From an uncultured Nitrososphaerota archaeon (GTDB lineage: Archaea; Korarchaeota; Korarchaeia; Korarchaeales; Korarchaeaceae): 64,000 nucleotides of DNA. The position numbers and the translations under genes were made by a program. The notes beneath the pieces were generated by a model, which was not told where the DNA came from, did no database searches, and saw only the letters and a list, made by a program, of their open reading frames with translations. Of this stretch, positions 18,591 to 28,371 are shown piece by piece (the first letter of the stretch is position 1; each line of letters opens with the position of its first letter). The stretch lies in assembly GCA_964594835.1 (NCBI GenBank), contig CAZQNA010000004.1, positions 1 through 64,000 of the forward strand. Reading direction: 5' to 3'.

Positions 18591-19085
18591 TCAGACGGGG
18601 AAGGTGCCTCTCCAAGAATTAGCGAGTCTGAGCCTCTCCCGCAGGATGAACACGACGTGGGGGGCTACCCTGACGACGTCTCGGGCGGATATCACCCCGA
18701 CAACCTTTCCGGCCTTGTTGACCACTATGAGCCTCCTCACGTTCTTCTCCGACATGATCCGGGCGGCCTCTATCAGGTCCTGGCTCTCATTGATGAGTAT
18801 CGGGTTCTTGGTCATGATCTCCCTGACCTTGACGTCCTCCGGCTTTCTCCCGTCCTCCCTCGCGACGAACCTAGTGATTATGTCCCGCTCGGTCAGGATC
18901 CCGACGAGCTTGTCGCCGTCCATGACGAGGACGGAGCCTATGTCGTGCTCCTTCATCAGCCTGGCGGCCTCGGCCACGCTCTCCTCGGGCGTGACAGCGA
19001 TGACCTTCGGAGTCATGACCTCGCTTACCTTAAGTTCCTCCTCGGAAGCGTCTTCCTCGGGGGGCGGTACCAGCGCCCACCTCAA
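18591..19085 (-). CDS. CBS domain protein (2 CBS)
   Basis: IGSVLV..GILTERD; VRRLIVV..GVISARD. Confidence 0.9.
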   Translation of the reverse strand: MRWALVPPPEEDASEEELKVSEVMTPKVIAVTPEESVAEAARLMKEHDIGSVLVMDGDKLVGILTERDIITRFVAREDGRKPEDVKVREIMTKNPILINESQDLIEAARIMSEKNVRRLIVVNKAGKVVGVISARDVVRVAPHVVFILRERLRLANSWRGTFPV

Positions 19086-19101
19086 CTCTCAAACCCCCAC
19101 A

Positions 19102-20991
19102 TCATCTGACCGGGGCCACTATCCTGACCCCGCCAGAGGGCAGTAGCCTCTGGAGATCCTCCACCTCGATCTCTGCTGGCACTCCCCTCTTCTTTGCGGC
19201 TTCCCTCAGGCTCTCGGTTAAAACTGTTGTGGCCCTCTCCTTGGGGAGATCCCCGGGAGCAATCTCGTATCCGATCACCATCCTCCCCCCCGCGCCCGGG
19301 GGCCTCGAGATCAGCCTGTAGTCATCCTTCCACTCCATCAGACCTATCTCGAGCCTCAGCTCACCCCTCAGGAGGCCCCTCCTCCCGACGATGTAGAACG
19401 ACCCCCTGGGCAGGAACATCCCAGGGGGGGCGTGCGTGGAGACCTGCTCCCCCCTGACGTAGAACACGTCGACCTGTGAGAGCCCCTCCCTCCAGGCTCT
19501 CGAGTACGAGGCCGCGTAGCAAGCCGCCTCCCTCATCGTGCCCTCGTCGGCCTCACGGCCGGCGGTCTTGACTATCACGACCGCCCCTCCCGGGAGGTCG
19601 ACGTGGAAGAATAGGTCGGAGGGCTCCATGTACCTCCTGACGAGCTCCCTGTTGGTGGAGGCGTCGAGGCCCGCCACCACCAGCATCCCCCCAGAAGAGG
19701 TGAACCACCTGAACCTCTCGTACCAGGCCCTCCTCCTCCGCCTCCTCACCCGGACCTCGTACTCCGGCTCGGGGCGGGCCAGCTTGGCCTCCAGCTCCCC
19801 GAGGATCTCGTCTATCCTGGCCGCCTTCTGCTCCAGCCTCTTCGCCCTCTCGTAGAGCCTGGAGGCGTTCTCGGCTGCAGTCAGCCTGAGGTCAACCTCG
19901 ACCTCTCCGGCGGAGAGGTTCAGCGTGGCGACGCCCCGACCCCTGTCGACCCTGACCCAGCCCGGCGCCTCCCCCCTGCGGGCTGCGGCCAGGGCCCCGT
20001 CCACCTCGGCCAGCCTGGTGAAGATCTCGTCCGCCGCCGCCCTCAGCAAGGCGGCCTCCTCCCTGTACCTCCGCCTCAGCTCCATCTGCCTAGCGAGGCC
20101 CTCAGAGGCCGACCGGTCCTCCTCCCTCGAGACCTCCTCAACTATCCTCTCCGTGAGGTACGCGTCCAGGGCCGCGTTCATCGACTTTCCGAACGCCTCC
20201 GCCCGGTACCTTCGCGACAGGGACTCGAGGGGGAACGCGGAGAAGTTCACGTAGACGTCCCCCTCCCGGTACATGGTGGGCTCGGCCGGCCCCGAGGTCC
20301 TCTTGAGCACCCGTGCCGCAGCCTCGGCTATGTCCCCCCAGAGCCCCTCCTGGTCGGCCAACCTGGACCTGAGGTCCGCCCCAGCCTGGAAGGCCACCTC
20401 CTCGGCATAGGGCGGACCGATCCCCAGCCTGAACGTGAGGAATCTCCACAGCTCCAGGTCGGGGCTCGACTCCATCTCCCCGAGCACGGCGCCGGCGTCC
20501 AGGCCCTCCGGCTCGAGCGATCCGCTCGGCGGGTACTTGTACCTCAGGCCCCTCCTAAGCTCTCGGGCCCTGACCCTGAGGGGGCGGGCCAGCTGCACTA
20601 TGACCCCGTCCTCGTCGGTGAGCACCAGGTTCCCTCTGCCGAAGAGCTCTACGTGGAGCCACCCCGAGTAATCGCCCTCGTACCTGAGGCTGGCGACCCT
20701 TTCCAGCCTGAGCTGCCTCACCTCCACGACCCTGGCGCCCCTCAGCCTCTTGCGGAGCCCCATGGCCAGGGGGGTGGGCGTCTTCGGCTTCTCCCACTCG
20801 TACCCGCTCAGGTACATGGCGCCGCCGAGCCAGGCTATCAGCTCGCTCCGCCTGGCAGATCCGCCCAGCCTGAGGGAGAACAGGGAGTCCGCCATCTGGT
20901 AGACCTTCTCTATCCTCAGCGGGAGGAGTTCCTCCAGCTCTCGCAGGACGAACCTCAGCTCTATCCCAGCCACGCTGAGCCTGGCCGGCAT
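19102..20991 (-). CDS. rqcH: ribosome quality control factor Rqc2/NEMF/RqcH
   Basis: ELFGRGNLVL, WYERFRWF, AGLDASTN, NFACT-R FHVD..G, SRAW, GSFYIVG. Confidence 0.92.
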   Translation of the reverse strand: MPARLSVAGIELRFVLRELEELLPLRIEKVYQMADSLFSLRLGGSARRSELIAWLGGAMYLSGYEWEKPKTPTPLAMGLRKRLRGARVVEVRQLRLERVASLRYEGDYSGWLHVELFGRGNLVLTDEDGVIVQLARPLRVRARELRRGLRYKYPPSGSLEPEGLDAGAVLGEMESSPDLELWRFLTFRLGIGPPYAEEVAFQAGADLRSRLADQEGLWGDIAEAAARVLKRTSGPAEPTMYREGDVYVNFSAFPLESLSRRYRAEAFGKSMNAALDAYLTERIVEEVSREEDRSASEGLARQMELRRRYREEAALLRAAADEIFTRLAEVDGALAAARRGEAPGWVRVDRGRGVATLNLSAGEVEVDLRLTAAENASRLYERAKRLEQKAARIDEILGELEAKLARPEPEYEVRVRRRRRRAWYERFRWFTSSGGMLVVAGLDASTNRELVRRYMEPSDLFFHVDLPGGAVVIVKTAGREADEGTMREAACYAASYSRAWREGLSQVDVFYVRGEQVSTHAPPGMFLPRGSFYIVGRRGLLRGELRLEIGLMEWKDDYRLISRPPGAGGRMVIGYEIAPGDLPKERATTVLTESLREAAKKRGVPAEIEVEDLQRLLPSGGVRIVAPVR

Positions 20992-21053
20992 CCCACCCCT
21001 GGGGGAGGTCCACGTCTTTAAAGCGGAGGGGCCCGGGGGTCGGCCCGATAGGC

Positions 21054-21905
21054 ATGACGCTCAAGGACTCCCTCTTCTGGCTCAAGCTCTCACTCTCATC
21101 TCTCGCCGGCCTGCTCGCCGGAGTTGCCGGCCTATCGGCCACAGAGGGACTCACGCTGTTCTTCTTCACGGACATCGCCGCCGGCACCGCCCTCTTGACC
21201 TGGAGGAGGGAGGCCGTCTCAGAGGTGGGCGTGTACAAGGCCTACAGGGAGTTCTTCATGACCTCGTTCCTGGCCTTCTTCCTCCTCTGGACGCTGTCCC
21301 TCAACGTGGCCGCGGGTGGGGTGGCGATATACCTGGCCTCCCCGGTCGAGGGGGTCCAGGAGCTCAGGCCCGTCGTCCCCAGAGACGGCTTCCCCTACAA
21401 CGCGCTGTGGATACTCAACTCGACTGACGAGACGTACACCGCCCTGGTGGGGTCCTGTGCCCCGATGGGGGAGGCCGCCAACCTGGAGAACCTGACGGCA
21501 TCGGCTGGGCCCAGCGGGATCACTCTCGTCGTGGAGGCCCCCGTGGAGGAGGGCTCGCCGACCGCACTGGGGTGGGCCAACCTCACCTACGAGAACGGGA
21601 CGGTCACCCTCCGGCTCCCGGGCGATGGGGGTATCGAACTCAGGGTGGGCGAGGAGAGGACTGCGGAGCTTGGAGGTCACCCGCTCAGGGTCAGGACCTC
21701 GCCCGCGGGGCCGGCCGCGGCTAGGGTGGAGGTCGAGGTCGGCCCGCTCCCCGCTCAGTCCTCCGACCTCTCCGGCGGCCCGCTCGGCGCCCTCGTCTCC
21801 CGCATATTCGTGGAGGGAGACAGGTACTGCGTCTTCGAGCCCGGCCCAGCTACCTTCAAGAGGACCCTCAGGGTGGACGGGGCGTACGTGCTGATCAGGG
21901 GGTGA
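21054..21905 (+). CDS. EMC6/RAB5IF-like 3-TM protein with C-terminal ectodomain
   Basis: N-terminal SLSSLAGLLAGVAGL...G and EFFMTSFLAFFLLWTL resemble the EMC6/Rab5ip family; C-terminal beta-rich region has four NxT sequons. Confidence 0.6.
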   Translation: MTLKDSLFWLKLSLSSLAGLLAGVAGLSATEGLTLFFFTDIAAGTALLTWRREAVSEVGVYKAYREFFMTSFLAFFLLWTLSLNVAAGGVAIYLASPVEGVQELRPVVPRDGFPYNALWILNSTDETYTALVGSCAPMGEAANLENLTASAGPSGITLVVEAPVEEGSPTALGWANLTYENGTVTLRLPGDGGIELRVGEERTAELGGHPLRVRTSPAGPAAARVEVEVGPLPAQSSDLSGGPLGALVSRIFVEGDRYCVFEPGPATFKRTLRVDGAYVLIRG

Positions 21906-21993
21906 TCCGACCAGGCCCCACCGCGGCCCGGTCGGGTCGGGCCGCCCCGGGTCAGGTTATATCTCCCCCTCGGGATCGGGCGGCGGTGTCCCG

Positions 21994-22419
21994 ATGGGGG
22001 GATACAGGTTCTTGGAGCACGGCGCCGACGTGGCGTTCGAGGTGAGGGGGGAGACGCTGGAGGAGCTGTTCGCGCAGGCCGCCAAGGCGATGTACGCGGC
22101 CATGCTCAACGTGGACAGGGTCCGCCCCCGGGACTCTAGGGAGGTCTTCGTCGAGGCTCCTGACCTGATCCTACTACTGCACGACTGGCTGGCCGAGCTG
22201 CTGTACACGACGGACACGGAGGGTCTGGTCTTCTCGGAGTTCGACGTGAGCATCTCACGCGGGGTAAAGGGCTACTCGCTAAGGGGAACTGCCAGAGGAG
22301 AGCCTGTCGATCCAGAGAGGCACGAGGCCGTGACGGAGATCAAGGCGGTCACGTACCACGGTTTGGAGGTCCGGGAGGAGGGCGGAGAGTGGGTCGCCCG
22401 GGTGATCCTGGATGTCTGA
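21994..22419 (+). CDS. archease
   Basis: EHGADV, WLAELLY, EIKAVTYH, C-terminal LDV. Confidence 0.95.
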   Translation: MGGYRFLEHGADVAFEVRGETLEELFAQAAKAMYAAMLNVDRVRPRDSREVFVEAPDLILLLHDWLAELLYTTDTEGLVFSEFDVSISRGVKGYSLRGTARGEPVDPERHEAVTEIKAVTYHGLEVREEGGEWVARVILDV

Positions 22420-22433
22420 GCCCCCTTCCAAAG

Positions 22434-22441
22434 TTTATTAA
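22434..22441 (+). promoter_or_regulatory. TATA box of rpl3 operon
   Basis: CAAAG-TTTATTAA upstream of rpl3. Confidence 0.6.
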
Positions 22442-22506
22442 CCGGGGCGAGGGTCGAGCCGAGAGTTGTACGGGGTTTGGCCCGTATCAAATGAGGGGTG
22501 CTACAG

Positions 22507-23631
22507 ATGCCCAGGAGGCACGGTTCACTGGCCTTCCGGCCTAGGAAGCGCGCGGCCACTCAGAGGGCAGTATTCCGCTCCTACCCAGAGGTCGAGTCGG
22601 ACCAAGTTGTCTTGGTCGGCTTCCCAGGCTACAAGGCTGGCATGACTCACGTCCTGATGGTCGAGGACAGGCCGGGCCGACCCACCACCGGCCAGGAGAT
22701 CGCCGTCCCCTCCACAGTCGTGGAGACGCCCCCCGTGAGGGTCATAGGCGTGAGGCCCTACGTGGGGACGCCCTACGGCCTGAAGCCCCTCACGACCTAC
22801 CTGAGGTTTGAGGTGGACGACGATATCAGGAGATCCATGACTCTAGGCCGCCGGGAGGGGACGCTGTCCAACGAGGAGGCCGCCTCCAAGAAGTTGGAGG
22901 AGGGGAGGGACCGGGTCAGGGAGGTCAGGCTGATCGTGGCCACCAGGCCGAGGCTTGCCGCCCTGCCCAAGAAGAGACCAGAGATCCTTGAGATACCCCT
23001 GAAGGGGGCGACGCCTCAGGAGCGGCTGGACAGGGCCATGGAGATGGTCGGGACGGTGGTTCGCGTCTCCGACGTCTTCAGGGTGGGCCAGTTGATCGAC
23101 GTCACGGCGGTCACCAAGGGGCACGGGTGGCAGGGCGTGGTGAGGAGGTTCGGCGTCGAACTCCTCAGGCACAAGGCCGGCAAGGGCAGGTGGAGGGTGG
23201 GGAGCCTCGGCTCCAGGCACCCTCCGTACGTGACCTGGAGGGTGCCGAGGGCCGGCCAGACGGGCTACCACAAGAGGACCGAGTACAACAAGCGGGTCCT
23301 CCTGATGGGCCTCGCGAAGTACTCTGAGGACGGGGACCTGCTGGAGGAGGCCTTCCCGGACCTCAACCCGCCGAGCGGGGGGTTCAGGGGTTACGGGAGG
23401 GTGAGGAGCGACTACGTCCTCCTGTCGGGCTCGGTCCCAGGGCCGGCGAAGAGGTTCGTGATGATGAGGCACCCGGTGAGGCCCTACGCCACCGACCTCC
23501 AGGAGCCCAGGATAATCTACGTGTCCGGCGTCGGATACCTCGAGCAGATAATGAAGGCCAGGGCCGAGGCCAAAGGGCAGGCTCAGGCCCAGGGGGCCCA
23601 GGCAGTCGCCGGGGGAGGTGAGGGCGGGTGA
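22507..23631 (+). CDS. rpl3: 50S ribosomal protein L3
   Basis: PRRHGSLAFRPRKRA, GYKAGMTH, TKGHGWQG, GSVPG. Confidence 0.97.
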   Translation: MPRRHGSLAFRPRKRAATQRAVFRSYPEVESDQVVLVGFPGYKAGMTHVLMVEDRPGRPTTGQEIAVPSTVVETPPVRVIGVRPYVGTPYGLKPLTTYLRFEVDDDIRRSMTLGRREGTLSNEEAASKKLEEGRDRVREVRLIVATRPRLAALPKKRPEILEIPLKGATPQERLDRAMEMVGTVVRVSDVFRVGQLIDVTAVTKGHGWQGVVRRFGVELLRHKAGKGRWRVGSLGSRHPPYVTWRVPRAGQTGYHKRTEYNKRVLLMGLAKYSEDGDLLEEAFPDLNPPSGGFRGYGRVRSDYVLLSGSVPGPAKRFVMMRHPVRPYATDLQEPRIIYVSGVGYLEQIMKARAEAKGQAQAQGAQAVAGGGEGG

Positions 23632-24437
23632 GCGAGGAGGTAAAGCGTCCTGTTCGAGACCTGGAGGCTCAGGTCGTCGACGAGGTGGAGCTGCCGGAGG
23701 TCTTCATGACCCCCGTGAGGCCCGACGTCATCAGGAGGGCCTACCTCTCCAGCCTCACCGCCAGGATCCAGCCCCAGGGCAGGGACCCGATGGCCGGGCT
23801 CAGGACCTCCGCGGAGTCCTGGGGGGCCGGTCACGGGGTAGCGAGGGTCCCCAGGGTCAAGGGCAGAGGGTACCCCGCCGCCTCCAGGGGGGCCAGGGCC
23901 AACCAGGCCGTCGGCGGGGTCAGGATTCAGGCCCCCAGGGCCAACAAGGTCGTCTGGGAGAGGATAAACAGGAAGGAGAGGAGGCTGGCCATAAGGTCGG
24001 CCATAGCGGCCACGGCCTCCGTCGAGCTGGTCTCGGCTAGGCACAGGCTGGGGGAGCTGGACTCCGTTCCGGTCATAGTGGTCGACGACCTCGCCTCTTT
24101 GGAGAAGACGAGGGACTTCTACGAGTTTCTGCTGAAGCTGGGCCTTGAAGAGGAGCTGAGGAGGCTCAAGAGGAGGTTCAGGAAGATAAGGGCTGGCAGG
24201 GGCAAGATGAGGGGCAGGGTGAGGCAGAGGGCGAGGGGCCCGCTCGTGGTTTACCACGAGGACGGCGGGATATCGAGGGCCGCCAGGAACGTTCCAGGGG
24301 TCGACGTGGTCAGCGTGAGGAACCTTGGGGTGATTCACCTCGCCCCCGGCGGGGTCCCGGGGAGGCTCACCATATGGACCGTCGGCGCGATCGAGGCACT
24401 GAGGTCGGAGCAGGTCCCGCTGGTGGGGAGGAGGTGA
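23628..24437 (+). CDS. rpl4: 50S ribosomal protein L4
   Basis: TSAESWGAGHGVARVPR, LAPGGVPGRLTIWT. Confidence 0.97.
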   Translation: MSEEVKRPVRDLEAQVVDEVELPEVFMTPVRPDVIRRAYLSSLTARIQPQGRDPMAGLRTSAESWGAGHGVARVPRVKGRGYPAASRGARANQAVGGVRIQAPRANKVVWERINRKERRLAIRSAIAATASVELVSARHRLGELDSVPVIVVDDLASLEKTRDFYEFLLKLGLEEELRRLKRRFRKIRAGRGKMRGRVRQRARGPLVVYHEDGGISRAARNVPGVDVVSVRNLGVIHLAPGGVPGRLTIWTVGAIEALRSEQVPLVGRR

Positions 24438-24440
24438 GGT

Positions 24441-24710
24441 ATGATGGAGTTCGACCCCTTCAAGGTGCTCATAAGGCCCGTCGCGACGGAGAAGGCGGTT
24501 CAGCTCCTGGACACCCAGAACAAGCTGGTCTTCATTGTGGACCGGAGGGCCAACAAGCTGATGATAAAGAGGGCCGTTGAGGAGGCCTTCGACGTCAAGG
24601 TGACTAAGGTGAACGTCATGATAACGGCCAGGGGCGAGAAGAAGGCCTACGTCAGGCTGGCCCCCGAGTACAACGCCAGGGACGTGGCGTCCCAGCTGGG
24701 CATACTGTGA
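24441..24710 (+). CDS. rpl23: 50S ribosomal protein L23
   Basis: [19 protein letters not shown]. Confidence 0.97.
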   Translation: MMEFDPFKVLIRPVATEKAVQLLDTQNKLVFIVDRRANKLMIKRAVEEAFDVKVTKVNVMITARGEKKAYVRLAPEYNARDVASQLGIL

Positions 24711-24721
24711 GGTGGTGATCC

Positions 24722-25453
24722 GTGGGCAAGAGGATACTGGTACAGAGGAAGGGGAGGGGCGGGATACAGTTCAGGTCCCGGGCCCACCTGAAGATCGGCC
24801 CCGCCAGGTACCCGCAGATAGGCCTGAGGGAGACCGTCAAGGGACGGATCGTCGAGTTCCTCCACGAGCCCGCCAGGTGGACGCCGCTGGCCAGGGTCGT
24901 CCTCGAGACGGGTGAGGAGATGATCTACGTCCCGCCGGAGGGGGCCTACGCTGGCCAGGAGATTCAGATGGGGCCCGGGGCCGAGCCGGTGACCGGAAAC
25001 GTCCTCCCACTCTCCGAGATCCCAGACGGCACACTGGTGTGCAACGTGGAGGTGAGGCCCGGGGACGGCGGCAAGATAGCTAGGAGGAGCGGGACCTACG
25101 CCCTTGTGTTCTCCCACGACGGGGACAGGGTGATACTCCGGCTCCCGTCGGGCAAGGACAAGGTGGTCACCGCCAGGGCGAGGGCGACCATAGGGGTTGT
25201 CGCCGGGGGCGGGAGGACGGAGAAGCCCCTCCTCAAGGCGGGCAACGCGTACTACCGCGAGAAGGTTCACCCCAAGCGCTGGCCCAAGGTCAGGGGTGTG
25301 GCGATGAACCCCGCAAGCCACCCGCACGGCGGAGGATCTCACAAGAGGCCTGGAAAGCCCACAACCGTGCCGAGAACGGCGCCGCCCGGGCAGAAGGTCG
25401 GGCACATAGCCGCCAGGAAGACGGGAAGGGCCAAGAAGAGGGCCAAGCTGTGA
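24722..25453 (+). CDS. rpl2: 50S ribosomal protein L2
   Basis: GKRILVQRKGRG, VRGVAMNPASHPHGGG. Confidence 0.97.
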   Translation: MGKRILVQRKGRGGIQFRSRAHLKIGPARYPQIGLRETVKGRIVEFLHEPARWTPLARVVLETGEEMIYVPPEGAYAGQEIQMGPGAEPVTGNVLPLSEIPDGTLVCNVEVRPGDGGKIARRSGTYALVFSHDGDRVILRLPSGKDKVVTARARATIGVVAGGGRTEKPLLKAGNAYYREKVHPKRWPKVRGVAMNPASHPHGGGSHKRPGKPTTVPRTAPPGQKVGHIAARKTGRAKKRAKL

Positions 25454-25497
25454 CGGCCAAACCCTTATATGAGGGGGGCGTGGGGAGGTCCTGAGGA

Positions 25498-25893
25498 ATG
25501 CCCAAGGAGTTCACCTACCGGGGGTACACGCTCGAGCAGCTCTCCCAGATGACGCTCGACGAGCTGGCGGAGGTCATGCCGGCTAGGGTCAGGAGAACCC
25601 TCAGGAGGGGGCTCTCCCCGGAGAATAAGAAGCTCCTGGAGAAGGTCCGGAAGTACAGGTCTGCGGGCGTCAGCAAGGTCATCAGGACCCACAGGAGGGA
25701 CATGCCCGTCCTGCCCGAGATGGTGGGCATGAGGATAGCGGTCCACAACGGTAAGGAGTTCGTCGAGGTCCAGATCACCCCCGAGATGATAGGCCACTAC
25801 CTGGGGGAATTCGCCATAACCAACAGGATAGTCCAGCACGGCAGGCCCGGGAAGGGAGCCACCAGGTCCAGCAAGTACGTGCCTCTCAAGTGA
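25498..25893 (+). CDS. rps19p: 30S ribosomal protein S19 (uS19)
   Basis: FTYRG, RTHRRD, HNGK, GHYLGEF. Confidence 0.97.
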   Translation: MPKEFTYRGYTLEQLSQMTLDELAEVMPARVRRTLRRGLSPENKKLLEKVRKYRSAGVSKVIRTHRRDMPVLPEMVGMRIAVHNGKEFVEVQITPEMIGHYLGEFAITNRIVQHGRPGKGATRSSKYVPLK

Positions 25894-25951
25894 GGGGCAT
25901 CGCGGGGCGGCCCTCTCACCTTTTTATTCCTGCTCTCGGTGTGGTTCACGG

Positions 25952-26042
25952 GCCGGGGTAGCCTAGCCAGGACCAAGGCGCCGGCCTTGAGAGCCGGTGG
26001 CCCTTCGGGGCCGCGTGGGTTCAAATCCCACCCCCGGCGCCA
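25952..26042 (+). tRNA. tRNA-Ser(TGA); CCA encoded
   Basis: GCCGGGG/CCCCGGC acceptor, CCGGC-CT-TGA-GA-GCCGG, long variable arm, GGTTCAAATCC; TTTTTAT at 25921-25927. Confidence 0.97.
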
Positions 26043-26117
26043 CTCAGGACATCCGAGGAGAGAGGGGCGAGCCAGCCCAACCCGGGCCAGGCTGAGAAGG
26101 AGCAGATGCTGGGCGGG

Positions 26118-26432
26118 TCAGGCCAGCATCACTATGCTGATCTTGACGTCCTCGGGGATGGATATACCCATTATCCTCCTGATGAACCTCTCGTCGGGAT
26201 TGAGGACGTCTATTATCCTCTTGTGGATCCTGAGCTCGAACCTGTCATACCTGTTGGTCCCCTCTCCGGACGGGTTCCTGAGGGTGGTCACCCTCAGCCT
26301 CTTCGTGGGCAGCGGGATCGGGCCCCTGATGCGGATGCCCATCTTCTCAGCGACCTCCCTGAACTCGTTTGCCGTGGACTCCAGGCTGCGCACGTTGGTG
26401 CTCACGAGCTCTATTCGAAGGCGCTCCACCAT
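26118..26432 (-). CDS. rps10: 30S ribosomal protein S10
   Basis: GPIPLPTK, PSGEGT, FELRIHKRIID. Confidence 0.97.
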   Translation of the reverse strand: MVERLRIELVSTNVRSLESTANEFREVAEKMGIRIRGPIPLPTKRLRVTTLRNPSGEGTNRYDRFELRIHKRIIDVLNPDERFIRRIMGISIPEDVKISIVMLA

Positions 26433-26500
26433 CCCCTATCCCTTCCCTCGGGGCCCCACGCTGGCCGCAAATAAAAGGGTGGAGGGAGGGGTCGACCCCC

Positions 26501-27766
26501 TCACTTCTTCCTCTCCATGGGCTTGACGTCGAGCACTATGCCGGCGGCGACCGTGATGCCCATGTCCCTGACGGCGAACCTGCCCAGCTGCGGGAACTCT
26601 TGGTACTTCTCGAGGACGAAGGGCTTGATGGGCCTCATCTTGACTATGGCGGCGTCTCCCTTCTTGATGAAGGACGGGTTCTCCTCGATGACCTGGCCGG
26701 TCCTAGGGTCGAGCTTCTTCAGGAGCTCGGTGATCCTGGCGGACACGTGGCCGGTGTGGGCGTGGACCACCGGGGTGTAGCCCGCGGCTATGGCCGTCGG
26801 GTGCTGGAGCACCACTATCTGGGCGGTGAACTCCTCCACCACGGTCGGCGGGTTGTTCGGGTGTCCAATCACGTCTCCCCTCTTGATCTCCCTTCTCTCG
26901 ATCCCCTTCAGGTTGATCCCTATGTTGTCGCCGGGCTCGGCCTTGGGCAGCTTCTCGTGGTGCATCTCGATGCTCTTGACCTCGGCGGTCTTGTGGAGCG
27001 GCTCTATGATCACGGTGTCGCCGGGCTTGATCACGCCCGTCTCGACCCTCCCGACGACGACCGTGCCCACTCCGGTTATCGAGAAGACGTCCTGCACTGG
27101 GATCCTCAGCGGCTTGTCCACCGGCTTGGGCGGGGCCTTGAAGGTGTCCATAACCTCGAACAGCGTTGGGCCGTCGTACCACGGCATCTTGTCGCTCCTC
27201 CGGTAGACGTTGTCACCCTCGAGTCCGCTGCACGGGACGAACTGGATCTCGTCCGGGTTGTAGCCCACCTTCCTCAGGAGTTCGGCCACCTGCTCCTTGA
27301 GCTCCTCGAACCTCTCCTTGCTGTAGTTGACGGTCGGGTCGTCCATCTTGGAGATGGCGACGGCCAGCTGGTTCACGCCGAGGGTCTTTATCAGGAAGAC
27401 GTGCTCTATGGTCTGCGCCTGGACTCCCTCGCCCCTCTTCGCCGACACCACGAGTACGGCGGCGTCGGCCTGGCTGGCCCCGGTGATCATGTTCTTGACG
27501 AAGTCCCTGTGACCGGGAGCGTCTATGATCGTGATCATCTTGTGCGGCGTCTCCAGCTTGGTGTGGAACAGGTCGATGGTCATTCCGCGCTCTCTCTCCT
27601 CCTTGAGCCTGTCTACCACCCAGGCGAACTTGGCGTCGTGAGCCAGCTCCTCGGGCGGGAGCTCCTTGATTATACCGGCGTCCCAGTACAGCCTGCCTAT
27701 CAGCGTGGACTTGCCGTGGTCGACGTGTCCCACGAACACGACGTTTACGTGCTCCTTCTCGGGCAT
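26501..27766 (-). CDS. tuf: elongation factor 1-alpha
   Basis: [33 protein letters not shown]. Confidence 0.98.
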   Translation of the reverse strand: MPEKEHVNVVFVGHVDHGKSTLIGRLYWDAGIIKELPPEELAHDAKFAWVVDRLKEERERGMTIDLFHTKLETPHKMITIIDAPGHRDFVKNMITGASQADAAVLVVSAKRGEGVQAQTIEHVFLIKTLGVNQLAVAISKMDDPTVNYSKERFEELKEQVAELLRKVGYNPDEIQFVPCSGLEGDNVYRRSDKMPWYDGPTLFEVMDTFKAPPKPVDKPLRIPVQDVFSITGVGTVVVGRVETGVIKPGDTVIIEPLHKTAEVKSIEMHHEKLPKAEPGDNIGINLKGIERREIKRGDVIGHPNNPPTVVEEFTAQIVVLQHPTAIAAGYTPVVHAHTGHVSARITELLKKLDPRTGQVIEENPSFIKKGDAAIVKMRPIKPFVLEKYQEFPQLGRFAVRDMGITVAAGIVLDVKPMERKK

Positions 27767-27861
27767 CTCTCATCACCCTCTACACACGATACCGCGACTT
27801 TGCGGGTCCTTGGGTTTTTTGCGTTCGAGTTTTAAAACTTATTTGAGCGGGGCTGGGGGCG

Positions 27862-28359
27862 ATGCCAACGCCGCAAGCGGGGAGCGCGGCCTCCTCGAGT
27901 CTGAAGATCGAGGAATCTGCCCTGCAGAAGCTCGGTCTAGCGACGGCCTGGGCGTGCCTCGGTCCGGCGTCATCCATGCTGGTCGCCGCCCTGGCGTGCG
28001 GCCGGGTCGGGTGCCCCCTCCTACCCGGATACGGGCCCCTCAACCTGGCCGCGCTGGTCGTCGCCATCGTCCTCTTCTTCTACGCCGACAGGGCCGTCAA
28101 GACGATAAGGAGTGGAGATCCGAGGCCGTTCAACAGGATACTGATCATCGGCGGGCTGGAGATCCCGCTCCTGGGCCTCGCGTCCGCCCTGGCGGCGAGG
28201 ACGGGGGAGACCCTCCTGACGACCCTGGCCTTCTCCGCGCTCGCCTACAGCATCCTGGCCTCCGGGTGGAAGCACATGACCCTCCTCGCCGAGGGGGGTG
28301 AGGAGGCCGGGAGGGGGAGGGAGAGGGAGAAGCCCAGGCCCAAGGGGAAGAAGAGATAG
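27862..28359 (+). CDS. hypothetical membrane protein (about 4 TM)
   Basis: Hydrophobic segments, basic C-tail, coding-like codon usage; TTTTAAAA upstream. Confidence 0.65.
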   Translation: MPTPQAGSAASSSLKIEESALQKLGLATAWACLGPASSMLVAALACGRVGCPLLPGYGPLNLAALVVAIVLFFYADRAVKTIRSGDPRPFNRILIIGGLEIPLLGLASALAARTGETLLTTLAFSALAYSILASGWKHMTLLAEGGEEAGRGREREKPRPKGKKR

Positions 28360-28371
28360 TCAACCCCCGCC

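Noticed and set aside
26043-26117. Possible box C/D or other small RNA between tRNA-Ser and rps10
   Set aside because: A CTGA is present but no convincing RTGATGA C box; not supportable
25939-26526. 195-aa ORF running through tRNA-Ser
   Set aside because: Beyond the tRNA it is only antisense to rps10, with no recognisable domain, unlike the tRNA-Leu/peptidase case
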